Of a DNA stretch of 64,000 nucleotides, positions 17,423-27,045 are shown one piece after another; the stretch's first letter is position 1; each line of letters starts with the position of its first letter. The stretch is from an uncultured bacterium. Lineage in GTDB: Bacteria; Omnitrophota; Gorgyraeia; Ghiorseimicrobiales; Ghiorseimicrobiaceae. The stretch covers positions 110 to 64,109 of the forward strand of contig CAJVXN010000005.1 in NCBI GenBank assembly GCA_913009335.1, written 5' to 3'. The position numbers and the translations under genes are program-made. The notes below the pieces were generated by a model. It worked only from the letters and a program-made list of their open reading frames with translations. It searched no databases and was not told where the DNA came from.

Positions 17423-17772
17423 TATTCCCTAAAGAATTATATCAACCGATAGCAAGATTTATTCAGCGTGTAATTGATAAACCTACCTTGTGGGATATAG
17501 ATAAATATTCTAAAGATGAAATACCGAAAGAACTTCTCCTTGATGAATATACTATTGAATTAGGGAAGTTTATTATGATGGGCGAAGAAGATTATTTTAA
17601 AGATATAATACCAGTGAGAATGTATGGAAATAAAAGAGTTAATATTAGTAAAGATGAAATAAAAAAAATTGCTTTAAAAAAATTTGAATTAATAGGAAAA
17701 GTTCAAAAAGGCGAAAAAGTTTTAATAAGCGATGATTTTCGCGGGATTGATAAAATTCTAATACAAAAATGA
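17416..17772 (+). CDS. hypothetical protein
   Basis: 118-aa ORF overlapping the stop of the upstream gene. Confidence 0.45.
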   Translation: MLIFPKELYQPIARFIQRVIDKPTLWDIDKYSKDEIPKELLLDEYTIELGKFIMMGEEDYFKDIIPVRMYGNKRVNISKDEIKKIALKKFELIGKVQKGEKVLISDDFRGIDKILIQK

Positions 17773-18362
17773 AATCAAGTTATATAGAAAATAATTACGG
17801 AGAAGTATTCGAAACATTAATAAAATGCTTTCGTTATCCGCTAGCAGTTGAATTAGGCGTACTGGATGGATATAGTACTATTCATATTGCAAAAGCGTTA
17901 CATATAAATAAACTAAGATGGAATGTACACGGGCGGCTTGACTCTTATGATCTTTGGGAAGATTATCCATATAGGCATGGAACTATGCAAGACGTGCAAA
18001 AAGAAATAGAGAAAGCCGGAGTATCTGATTTTATAAATCTGTATAAAGGAGATGCTTTTAAAGTTGCGGATATATATCAAGACAGATCCATACATTTTCT
18101 CCATGTTGATATTTCTAACACCGGAGATGTATTAAAACGGATTATGGAAGTATGGGATAAGAAAATATACCAAGGCGGTATGATAGTAATTGAAGGCGGA
18201 TCAGAAGAACGCGACAATGTTGAATGGATGATTAAATATAATAAAGTTCCGATAAAGCCAGAATTAGAATCAAATTTAATAATTAAGAAGAACTATGTTT
18301 ATGGCACATATAATGCGTTTCCAAGTTTAACTGTTATTTATAAAAAGTTTGATTATGCCTAA
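17769..18362 (+). CDS. class I SAM-dependent O-methyltransferase-like
   Basis: motif I LAVELGVLDGYSTIHIAKAL, acidic motif HFLHVDISNTGD. Confidence 0.6.
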   Translation: MKSSYIENNYGEVFETLIKCFRYPLAVELGVLDGYSTIHIAKALHINKLRWNVHGRLDSYDLWEDYPYRHGTMQDVQKEIEKAGVSDFINLYKGDAFKVADIYQDRSIHFLHVDISNTGDVLKRIMEVWDKKIYQGGMIVIEGGSEERDNVEWMIKYNKVPIKPELESNLIIKKNYVYGTYNAFPSLTVIYKKFDYA

Positions 18363-19057
18363 TGGAGAACAGCGATATGGAAAAAACTAAAATTCAAATC
18401 CATAGTGATGAATTCCATAAGATTTGGGACAAAAAAAAATTATGGCAAGAAGTAAGTTGGCTGGGAATAGGAATGTGGAAATTACCTTTCGATGCATTTA
18501 TAATTCAGGAATTACTTTTTAAAGTCCAGCCAGACTTTGTAATTGAAACAGGAACGAACTTTGGCGGATCGTCTTTATTCTACGCTAGCATATTAAAACT
18601 TATAGGCAAAGGAAGAGTTATAACTATTGATATAAAAGATAAAGCATCCGGCATAGATGAAATCAAGAGTCGATTAGATCTTTCTATTACGCGTGTAATA
18701 GGTGATAGCGTATCAAATGAAACATATAAACAAATGTTAAGCATTGCCGGAGCTAATAAAACATTTTTTGTGATCCTTGATTCCTGGCACACTAAAGAGC
18801 ATGTACTGAAAGAATTAAGAATATATTCTCATTTAATACATATGGGTTCTTATATAATTGTTGAAGATACTCATGTAAGCGGACATCCAATAAAATGGAA
18901 ATGGGGAGACGGACCTTATGAAGCGGTGCATGAATTTTTACAAGAAAATTCTACATTTGCAGTAGATAAACGCTGCGAGAAATTGGCAATGACATTTAAC
19001 CCTTGTGGGTTTTTACGCAAAGTACTACATGGAGGAAGACATAATGGAGATTCATAG
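18362..19057 (+). CDS. CmcI/cephalosporin-hydroxylase-family methyltransferase (sugar O-methyltransferase type)
   Basis: FVIETGTNFGGSSLFYASILK ... VILDSWHTKEHV ... IVEDTHVSG pattern of the CmcI family. Confidence 0.7.
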   Translation: MENSDMEKTKIQIHSDEFHKIWDKKKLWQEVSWLGIGMWKLPFDAFIIQELLFKVQPDFVIETGTNFGGSSLFYASILKLIGKGRVITIDIKDKASGIDEIKSRLDLSITRVIGDSVSNETYKQMLSIAGANKTFFVILDSWHTKEHVLKELRIYSHLIHMGSYIIVEDTHVSGHPIKWKWGDGPYEAVHEFLQENSTFAVDKRCEKLAMTFNPCGFLRKVLHGGRHNGDS

Positions 19058-19733
19058 CGGCAGTCAAGATACTTATGAAAAGGTTGGAACGTTTGCCGGC
19101 GAAGAGCTTCCTTTCTCTAAATATCTTCGTTGGGATAGGATGGGCCTTCTTGCTATCCTTGCTGATTTTTATTTAAACTATTCTAAAGGAAATATTTTAG
19201 AAATAGGCGCCGGTGAAAGCACTGTTTATTTTAGCTGGCTGGCCAGAAAATACAATAGGCAGGCATTTTTTTGTGATATACAACAAAGCATATATGTTAA
19301 TGCTTTAACGGTTGATGGATATTTTCAAGGAGAGCATATAATAATTAGAGAGGGAGAAGATAAAACAAATATAAAATCAAATTTTCCAAATACGATATAT
19401 ATCGGAGATTCTACTAAAATGTTTAAAGACATTAATTTACCATCATTAGCAGTGGCCTTGATAGATGGCGGCCATATGTACGAACAGGTCAAAAAAGATT
19501 TTTGGAATATCTTTCCTTTAATAGAAGAAACAGGAGCGATATTTCTGCATGATTTGAATCCTCCTAACGAGGAATATCACAATGAAAATTTATGTGGTAC
19601 AGGATTTCGTTTGCGCAAAGAATTAGAAGAGAATAAAGATTTAGATGTTTTTACATTTGTTAGGTCCGCTATTAACGTAGGTCTTACCATGGTTAGAGTA
19701 CGTAATAAAAATAGGAAATATTTTCAAGCATGA
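19044..19733 (+). CDS. class I SAM-dependent methyltransferase-like
   Basis: ATG 19044 after GGAGGA RBS; motif I ILEIGAGESTVYF; ALIDGGHMYEQV. Confidence 0.55.
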   Translation: MEIHSGSQDTYEKVGTFAGEELPFSKYLRWDRMGLLAILADFYLNYSKGNILEIGAGESTVYFSWLARKYNRQAFFCDIQQSIYVNALTVDGYFQGEHIIIREGEDKTNIKSNFPNTIYIGDSTKMFKDINLPSLAVALIDGGHMYEQVKKDFWNIFPLIEETGAIFLHDLNPPNEEYHNENLCGTGFRLRKELEENKDLDVFTFVRSAINVGLTMVRVRNKNRKYFQA

Positions 19734-20779
19734 TTACAGGATTAGATAAAAAATTAGCTGGAATGGAACAATTTAAAGATACTAACTTTATGGATCGCGG
19801 CCATGATGATGTTAACTGGTTTGATCTTTCAATGAACCATAATAGCAGGCCGTATGATTTCGACACTGTAATTTTAGTAACCAGTCATAAGGGTCATTTA
19901 CCATTTCTTAAACATACATTGAGGCAATATAGATTGACAGGGAAGTTTGTTCTCTGCGCTTTTGATAGCCCATTTAATGGAATGAGCGCGTTAGGGCAGG
20001 AACAGATGAAAACTAATTTCCTACGCCCCGACCATTTGGCCCTCGCTCACTCCTGGGTATTTAAACATCAGACTTTTGACGCGCCGAAAAGAAATGGCTG
20101 GTTTTGGGATATCCGTTACGCTCAAGGAATAATTAATTTATTTCCTAATCTCAAATATGTTTTCTGCGTTAACGGAGACGGATTGTGGGAGAAACCCGAA
20201 GGCGTAGATGATATTATAAAACTATTAGGCGACAATGATTTAATGTCGCAAGCTTCTGATAGTTCAAAAGGTTCTCCAGGGTCAATACATACGGCTAGCG
20301 TAATTTATAAAATAGACGCATTCAATAAGATACTTGAATATATGATTGATTGCATGAAAGTCCCTATTATCGGTTCAAACAGCGCGGAAGTGTTATTAAG
20401 AGATGCAGTATCATTGTTAGAATTAAAAGAAGGAATTGCTCCAAAGCAGCCGATATATCCGCAGGACGGCTCGATTGATATGTATGCTTGTTATAATCAG
20501 GATAGTACATGGAAAGATATTCTTGGATTTCGAAATCTTCCGGCAGAGATGGAAACAGCTTGTGAAGAAAGATTAGAACCATTAGATAAAAAATACATAG
20601 ATGATTTCGGAGATTATATTTATCTTTCCAGTTATGAACGGAATACAATCTGTAATTATTACAGGACTGAAGATAGAAGATATATTTATCAGTATTGGGA
20701 TCAATCGGCAGATAGTTGGTGGGATAGGAGATTCTATAGTATAGAATACTATGGTAGGGAGCCTATTTATGCAAAATAG
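19730..20779 (+). CDS. hypothetical protein, paralog A (possible GT-A-like transferase)
   Basis: shares YVFCVNGDGLWEKPEGVDDIIKLLGDNDL with paralog B (YIYCANGDCILEKPENFHMLIEKLGDADI). Confidence 0.5.
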   Translation: MITGLDKKLAGMEQFKDTNFMDRGHDDVNWFDLSMNHNSRPYDFDTVILVTSHKGHLPFLKHTLRQYRLTGKFVLCAFDSPFNGMSALGQEQMKTNFLRPDHLALAHSWVFKHQTFDAPKRNGWFWDIRYAQGIINLFPNLKYVFCVNGDGLWEKPEGVDDIIKLLGDNDLMSQASDSSKGSPGSIHTASVIYKIDAFNKILEYMIDCMKVPIIGSNSAEVLLRDAVSLLELKEGIAPKQPIYPQDGSIDMYACYNQDSTWKDILGFRNLPAEMETACEERLEPLDKKYIDDFGDYIYLSSYERNTICNYYRTEDRRYIYQYWDQSADSWWDRRFYSIEYYGREPIYAK

Positions 20780-20946
20780 AGAAGTAAGAATTACTATGAA
20801 AAAACAAACTATCATTTTATTGTTAATGGATGATAATGAAGAAGTAACAGGTAGAAATGTTAAAGTAGTTGAAGATTTAGAAACGGTAGAACGAGAATTA
20901 AAATTTTTGGTAAAAGCTTGCTTACATCAAATAAAAAGGAGTAGAG

Positions 20947-21867
20947 ATGGGTTGGATAAGAAAAGATCTGGATGATCCAAATTTAAGCGCGGAAGATAGG
21001 GCGGCAGGAGAACAGGTCTTAAAAAATTTTATGGCCAATGATACATGGACTAAAAAAATCTTTAAAGACGTAGGAATACTTTTGACATCGCATCCAGGCA
21101 ACCGGCCATATTTAAAAGGATCAGTTGAATCGCATAAAAAGACTGGATATTGGATTTGTCTATCTTATGATAACTATATAAACCCGGAACATGCAGCAGT
21201 TGATTATAATTCAATTATGCCGTCTAAAGATGTGATGGATAATATAGATACATTCGTAATGCCGCATCACCAGACCTGGGGCGGAGTTTTATTCCCTTAT
21301 TTTTGGCTGCTTAAAGTCGGCATTAATACGTTATTAGATTTTAAATATATATATTGCGCTAACGGAGATTGCATACTTGAGAAGCCGGAAAATTTCCATA
21401 TGTTAATAGAGAAATTAGGCGATGCCGATATTTTAGGCTGCGGGCCAGTTAAAGATAATTCTTTTAATACGGCCGGCATGTTTGCAAAGACTTCCGCGCT
21501 GAAAGCTATGATACAGCATTTTCAGGATCATTTTATCCCTTTCGAGGTTTATGAGAAATATACGCTTGATATAGGAAATACAGAGGGCCGATTTGCTAAG
21601 GCGATAAAAGATTTAGGATTAAAAGTCGTAACTGTTTCAGAACCTTGTGATGAGCAGATGGGCAGAGTTGAACAGGGTTGGTGGTATGAAAATCTGGGCT
21701 TCAAACACATACATGCTTTGCATAATATAGCCTATCGATATAAAGGGATTCCTCCACATCATAAATATCTTGATAATAGATTCGTAGGGGGTGAATATGA
21801 AACAATTAAAAAATATCATGAAACAGGGGATAAAAAATTATTGGAAGAATGGTGGGTTAAATCTTAA
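20947..21867 (+). CDS. hypothetical protein, paralog B
   Basis: paralogous to 19730..20779 over several blocks (LTSHxGxxPxLK; NGDxxxEKPE; LGDxD). Confidence 0.5.
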   Translation: MGWIRKDLDDPNLSAEDRAAGEQVLKNFMANDTWTKKIFKDVGILLTSHPGNRPYLKGSVESHKKTGYWICLSYDNYINPEHAAVDYNSIMPSKDVMDNIDTFVMPHHQTWGGVLFPYFWLLKVGINTLLDFKYIYCANGDCILEKPENFHMLIEKLGDADILGCGPVKDNSFNTAGMFAKTSALKAMIQHFQDHFIPFEVYEKYTLDIGNTEGRFAKAIKDLGLKVVTVSEPCDEQMGRVEQGWWYENLGFKHIHALHNIAYRYKGIPPHHKYLDNRFVGGEYETIKKYHETGDKKLLEEWWVKS

Positions 21868-21887
21868 CAACAACAAGGAGGAGTAAG

Positions 21888-22415
21888 ATGAAGAATTTAG
21901 TACCGATTAAAGTCAAAATAGGCCTACGTGCTAATGGACACGCGGATCATCCGGATTGGCATAGACTGCCGCTTGCTGCGGCATCAGACCCGGCATCGCA
22001 TATGTTTTTCGGCTGGAAGTATGATAAGACATGCGGCCATAAAGAAGAAGGAATTGATAGTCCTTATGGTATGCAGTGGGGTATGCTTTTTGTTACAAAG
22101 CAATTTGCGATTGAAGCGAAACAGGTTTTCCCCGCATTGGTAACTGAATTAACAGAAGCCGAAGCGGATGCTTTTTGGAATGATAAAGCTTATGCTCATA
22201 TGCCTGAAAATAAAGTTGACAATGATCAGCTGCAAGCGTTAAAGAATGAATTAATTTTAAGAAAAGAAGCCGGTTTATCAACCGTTGATTTAATTGTTAA
22301 GATAAAAAAGGCGCTTGATGTCGATGATACATTCCCAGGATTACAAAAGAACCATATGAAAACATTTGCTTTAGCAAAACAGAAGTTAGGATTGAATATA
22401 GTGCCAAGCGAATAA
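21888..22415 (+). CDS. hypothetical protein
   Basis: 175-aa ORF with AAGGAGGAG RBS. Confidence 0.5.
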   Translation: MKNLVPIKVKIGLRANGHADHPDWHRLPLAAASDPASHMFFGWKYDKTCGHKEEGIDSPYGMQWGMLFVTKQFAIEAKQVFPALVTELTEAEADAFWNDKAYAHMPENKVDNDQLQALKNELILRKEAGLSTVDLIVKIKKALDVDDTFPGLQKNHMKTFALAKQKLGLNIVPSE

Positions 22416-22424
22416 AATAAATAT

Positions 22425-23657
22425 ATGAATAAACAAAATTTAATTCAAAATGCGATTATTTTTCAACAACCGATTTATCATTTTGCAGCGCAGCTTTTAG
22501 AAAAAAGTAAACTAAAGGCTGTGCTTGATATCGGCTGTAGTTATCCAAAAAAGTTAGAAAAATTTATTCTTCCTTTAACTTCGGATATTACAGGGATAGA
22601 TTTACCGGAAACAATTAAACTGGTAACAAGTGAAGTAAATTTTGGATCATGGATTTCTTGTGATATAGAAAAAGATAAAATAGAATTAAATAAGAAATTT
22701 GATTTAATCATTTGTTCCGATATAGTGGAACATCTTGATAATCCTGAAAAATTATTTTCTTTGATTGAAAAATGCAGTAATGACGATACTTACATTTTAA
22801 TTTCTACCCCTGACGCTACATCTACATTGAAACAATCTAATGGTAGGCCCGCGAATATTCTGCATAAAAGAGAATGGGATAGGGTTAATTTTGAGAATTA
22901 TTTAAAAAAAAGCGGATTTGATATATTGCAGAGTAAATATTATATAGAACAAAATTGCCATCCGACTTATATCTGTAATTATTTTTTATGTAAAAAATCA
23001 AATATAAGAAAAAAACATATTTTAATTACAGTGCCTAATGTACACTGGATACACCAACATGTTACGCACAGGCTTTTAATGCTTCAAAAAGATATCCGCT
23101 ATAATTTAACATTTAAACTTCCTTCACATAAACCTTATGTGAATAATTTACATCATATAGTCAATGATTTTATCTCGGGAAATTATGATTTCTGGTTGAA
23201 TATCGATGCTGATAATCCGCCTCAAGAAAATCCTCTTGATTTAATTGAATTAGATAAAGACATTATAGGGCTACCTACTCCCATTTGGCATTTTACGAAT
23301 AAAGGAAACAATGAGAGGCCTGTATACTGGAATGCTTATGATTATCTTTCAGAAAAAGACGCTTATGCTGAACATGAACCAAAAAAGGGATTACAGAAAG
23401 TTGACGCGGTAGGGACAGGTTGTATTTTAATCGCGCGCAGAGTATTTGAAAATCCTATTATGCGGCAAGGCGCATTTATGCGTAAATGGAATAAAGACGG
23501 CACAGTAGATAAAGGAAATGATATGGCTTTTGCCGAAATAGCAAGGAATCAGGGATTTAATATTTATGCTCATTATGATTATCCTTGCGACCATATGTCG
23601 GAATTATCTTTAAATGAAACAGTAAGGGCTTTTACTAATTTATTTGAGGCAAAATAA
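22425..23657 (+). CDS. bifunctional methyltransferase / GT-A-like glycosyltransferase (putative)
   Basis: N-terminal class I MT motifs VLDIGCSYP ... FDLIICSDIVEHLDNPEKLF; C-terminal DADNP and DAVGTGCILIARRVF resemble the DxD and acceptor regions of GT-A transferases. Confidence 0.55.
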   Translation: MNKQNLIQNAIIFQQPIYHFAAQLLEKSKLKAVLDIGCSYPKKLEKFILPLTSDITGIDLPETIKLVTSEVNFGSWISCDIEKDKIELNKKFDLIICSDIVEHLDNPEKLFSLIEKCSNDDTYILISTPDATSTLKQSNGRPANILHKREWDRVNFENYLKKSGFDILQSKYYIEQNCHPTYICNYFLCKKSNIRKKHILITVPNVHWIHQHVTHRLLMLQKDIRYNLTFKLPSHKPYVNNLHHIVNDFISGNYDFWLNIDADNPPQENPLDLIELDKDIIGLPTPIWHFTNKGNNERPVYWNAYDYLSEKDAYAEHEPKKGLQKVDAVGTGCILIARRVFENPIMRQGAFMRKWNKDGTVDKGNDMAFAEIARNQGFNIYAHYDYPCDHMSELSLNETVRAFTNLFEAK

Positions 23658-26395
23658 TGAATACTCCGTGGTGCGGCGCCCAAGAAGACAAACTTTATCT
23701 TCAATCCGGGCAGTTCAGTTCTACTTTAAAGACTAGTTTAAGTATTGTGAATTTAGATTATACTCCTTACGGAATTTCCTGGGATGGCACTGACACTCCT
23801 TGGTGTGGTCATACAGTTGGTACTCTTTGGCTTCAATCCGGGCAATTCAGCTCTACTTTAAAGACTAGCTTATATGTAGGAGGGGTCGACACGGATCTTT
23901 ATGGAATTTCCTGGGACGGTACAAATACTCCTTGGTGCGGCTATCAAGGAGGCAAACTCTATCTTCAATCAGGTCAATTCAGTTCTACTTTAAAGACTTC
24001 ATTATATATAGGAGGGGTTGATAACGACCCTGAAGGTATTTCTTACGATGGTACTAATACTCCTTGGGGTGGTTGGACTAATAGTAAACTCTATCTTCAA
24101 TCCGGGCAGTTCAGTTCTACTTTAAAGACTAGCTTATCAATAGTTACAAACCCAAGTGGTATAACTTACGATGGTACTAATACTCCATGGAGTAGTTATA
24201 CAACAGATAAACTCTACCTTCAATCCGGGCAATTCAGTTCTACTTTAAAAACTAGTTTATATGTTGGAGCAGTTGATACGGCACCTGGTGGGATAAGTAC
24301 AGATGATATAAATGCAAGATTAAGCGGGGCTTCAAGCTCTTCCAGCTCTTCAAAATCTTCTTCGAGTTCTTCTTCTAGTATAGGCAGCTCAAGCAGTTCG
24401 AGTCTTTCATTAAGCTCAAGCTCATCAAGTAGTTCTACTTTGCCGGCAGCAGCTTCGACCAATACTCCGTGGTGTAGTGGTTTTGCTGGTAAAATGTTTC
24501 TTCAATCCGGGCAGTTCAGTTCTACTTTAAAGACTTCAGTATATACAGGAGGAATTGATACAGGTATAGGAGGTATTTCATGGGATGGAACCAATACTCC
24601 TTGGTGCGGTTTTACGGATGATAAACTCTACCTTCAATCCGGGCAATTCAGCTCTACTTTAAAGACTAGCTTATATGTAGGAGGGGTCGACACGGATCTT
24701 TATGGAATTTCCTGGGACGGTACAAATACTCCTTGGTGCGGCTCCCAAGAAGACAAACTCTACCTTCAATCAGGTCAATTCAGTTCTACTTTAAAGACTT
24801 CACTGAGTATAGTTACGATTATTAGGGGAATATCTTCTGATGGTTTTAATACTCCTTGGTGCGGCTATCAAGGAAGCAAACTCTATCTTCAATCTGGGCA
24901 GTTCAGCTCTACTTTAAAGACTTCATTATATATAGGAGGAATTGATTTAGGCGTTTGGGGTATATCTTGGGACGGTACTGATACTCCTTGGTGTGGAAAA
25001 GAGGCAGATAAACTCTACCTTCAATCAGGGCAATTTAGTTCTGTATTAAAAACATCGCTTGATATTAGTGGAGTTGCTATTAACCCTCAAGGTATCACCA
25101 CAGACGATATAAACGCGAGATTAAGCGGGGCTTCCAGTAGTTCAAGCAGCTCAAATAGCTCTAGCAGTTCAAGCAGTTCAAATAGCTCTAGCAGTTCTAG
25201 TTCTTTAAGTAGCTCAAGTTCAAGCAGTTCATTAAGCTCTAGTTCTTCGAGTAATTCAAGCAGTTCCAGCAGTTCCAGTTTATCTAGTTCAAGCAGTTCA
25301 AATAGCTCTAGCAGCTCAAGCAGTTCAAATAGCTCTAGCAGTTCTAGCAGTTCAAATAGCTCAAGTTCAAGCAGTTCATTAAGCTCTAGTTCTTCCAGTA
25401 ATTCTAGTAGTTCCAGCAGTTCCAGTTTGTCTAGCTCAAGCAGTTCAAATAACTCTAGCAGTTCAAGTAGTTCAAATAGCTCTAGCAGTTCAAGTAGTTC
25501 AAGCTCTTCCAGTAATTCAAGCAGTTCCAGCAGTTCTTTGAGTTCTAGTTCTTCTAGCAATTCTAGCAGTTCGAGTAGTTCCAGTTTATCTAGCTCAAGC
25601 AGTTCAAATAGTTCTAGCAGCTCCAGCAGTTCATTAAGTTCTAGTTCTTCCAGCAATTCTAGTTCTTCAAGCAGTTCTAGTTTATCTAGCTCAAGCAGTT
25701 CAAATAGTTCAAGCAGTTCAAGCAGTTCATTAAGCTCTAGTTCTTCCAGTAATTCTAGTAGTTCCAGCAGTTCCAGTTTATCTAGTTCCAGCAGCTCAAA
25801 TAGCTCTAGCAGTTCAAGCAGTTCAAATAGCTCTAGCAGTTCAAGCAGTTCATTAAGCTCTAGTTCTTCGAGTAATTCAAGCAGTTCTAGCAGTTCCAGC
25901 AGTTCATTGAGTTCCAGCTCTTCCAGTAATTCAAGCAGTTCTAGCAGTTCCAGTTTGTCTAGTTCCAGCAGTTCAAATAGCTCTAGCAGTTCAAGCAGTT
26001 CATTAAGCTCTAGTTCTTCGAGTAATTCAAGCAGTTCCAGCAGTTCCAGTTTATCTAGTTCAAGCAGTTCAAATAGCTCAAGCAGTTCCAGCAGTTCAAA
26101 TAGCTCTAGCAGTTCTAGCAGTTCAAATAGCTCTAGCAGTTCAAGCAGTTCATTAAGTTCTAGTTCTTCGAGCAGTTCATTAAGTTCTAGTTCCTCAAGC
26201 AGTTCTAGCTGGCCAAGTTCATCTAGCAGTTCATCTAGTTCGAGAAGTTCTAGTTCTTCATTAAGTTCTAGCAGTTCATCAAAGTCAAGCAGTTCGTCGG
26301 CCTCTCTATTTGAGAAATTAGTTTATTTCAGTGATGAAACATATAATTATGAAATGAGTGAAGATACAAGCAATTATGAATTCGCGGCACAGTAA
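23657..26395 (+). CDS. repeat protein: about 12 x 40-aa NTPWCG/KLYLQSGQFSSTLKTSL/GISWDGT repeats, two poly-Ser segments (second about 390 aa), short acidic C-terminus
   Basis: direct reading of the ORF translation; repeats visible at both DNA and protein level. Confidence 0.7.
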   Translation: MNTPWCGAQEDKLYLQSGQFSSTLKTSLSIVNLDYTPYGISWDGTDTPWCGHTVGTLWLQSGQFSSTLKTSLYVGGVDTDLYGISWDGTNTPWCGYQGGKLYLQSGQFSSTLKTSLYIGGVDNDPEGISYDGTNTPWGGWTNSKLYLQSGQFSSTLKTSLSIVTNPSGITYDGTNTPWSSYTTDKLYLQSGQFSSTLKTSLYVGAVDTAPGGISTDDINARLSGASSSSSSSKSSSSSSSSIGSSSSSSLSLSSSSSSSSTLPAAASTNTPWCSGFAGKMFLQSGQFSSTLKTSVYTGGIDTGIGGISWDGTNTPWCGFTDDKLYLQSGQFSSTLKTSLYVGGVDTDLYGISWDGTNTPWCGSQEDKLYLQSGQFSSTLKTSLSIVTIIRGISSDGFNTPWCGYQGSKLYLQSGQFSSTLKTSLYIGGIDLGVWGISWDGTDTPWCGKEADKLYLQSGQFSSVLKTSLDISGVAINPQGITTDDINARLSGASSSSSSSNSSSSSSSSNSSSSSSSLSSSSSSSSLSSSSSSNSSSSSSSSLSSSSSSNSSSSSSSSNSSSSSSSSNSSSSSSSLSSSSSSNSSSSSSSSLSSSSSSNNSSSSSSSNSSSSSSSSSSSSNSSSSSSSLSSSSSSNSSSSSSSSLSSSSSSNSSSSSSSSLSSSSSSNSSSSSSSSLSSSSSSNSSSSSSSSLSSSSSSNSSSSSSSSLSSSSSSNSSSSSSSSNSSSSSSSSLSSSSSSNSSSSSSSSSSLSSSSSSNSSSSSSSSLSSSSSSNSSSSSSSSLSSSSSSNSSSSSSSSLSSSSSSNSSSSSSSSNSSSSSSSSNSSSSSSSSLSSSSSSSSLSSSSSSSSSWPSSSSSSSSSRSSSSSLSSSSSSKSSSSSASLFEKLVYFSDETYNYEMSEDTSNYEFAAQ
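25130..26300 (+). repeat. 48-nt (16-codon) tandem repeat encoding [L S6 N S8]n
   Basis: periodic agcagttcaagcagttcaaatagctctagcagttc... units; antisense reads LELLEL artefact ORFs. Confidence 0.8.
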
Positions 26396-26406
26396 AGGAA
26401 TAAAAG

Positions 26407-27045
26407 ATGATTTCTAAAGCTAAAAAATTAAAATTATGGAAAGAATTAAATAAAGATCACTGTCTTCGATATGATAAAGAATATAGAAAAACACACCATA
26501 AAAGTATTCGAGCCAATGCAGCTAGATATAGATTAAAGAATTTAGAAAAAGAAAGATTAAGAAAAAAAATATATATGCGTGATTATAGCAAAAGACAAAC
26601 AAGCATAGAAAAAGAAATCGCATGGAGATTAAATAATGTTAAAAAATTAAAAACATATAGAATAAAACATAATAAAAAGAATATAGAAAAAATTAGAAAT
26701 TATCAAAGAGCATATAGAAAAAGATATACTAAAAAGAATATAGAAAAAATTAGAAATTTTCGAAGAATATATAAATATAATTTAAAAAAAGCAGGTAAAC
26801 TAACTATTCAAACAATTCAAAAAGTCTATGAGAGTAATATTAAAAAGTATGGAACGCTTACTTGCTATCTCTGCTTAAAACCTATTAATTTTGGGCAAGA
26901 TAGCTTAGAACACAAACAACCGCTTTCTCGTAATGGTACTAATGAATGCAAGAATTTAGATATTGCTCATAGAAGTTGTAATAGTAAAAAACATTGCAAA
27001 ACATTACAAGAATGGAAGGAGGGTTTTAAAACCAATGCCGAATAG
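26407..27045 (+). CDS. HNH endonuclease (terminase-associated)
   Basis: C-terminal LEHKQPLSRNGTNECKNLDIAHRSCNSKK HNH motif; basic KKNIEKIRN repeats; directly upstream of terminase genes. Confidence 0.75.
   Translation: MISKAKKLKLWKELNKDHCLRYDKEYRKTHHKSIRANAARYRLKNLEKERLRKKIYMRDYSKRQTSIEKEIAWRLNNVKKLKTYRIKHNKKNIEKIRNYQRAYRKRYTKKNIEKIRNFRRIYKYNLKKAGKLTIQTIQKVYESNIKKYGTLTCYLCLKPINFGQDSLEHKQPLSRNGTNECKNLDIAHRSCNSKKHCKTLQEWKEGFKTNAE

Noticed and set aside
24220-25656. Antisense ORFs 24220..24462 and 25087..25656 (and 35660..35905, 45997..46335) encoding LELLELLEEL-type Leu/Glu repeats
   Set aside because: They are the reverse complement of Ser-codon repeats (AGC/AGT/TCA read backwards give GCT/ACT/TGA-free frames). 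They sit inside confident sense-strand genes and have no RBS. They are artefacts of low-complexity DNA.
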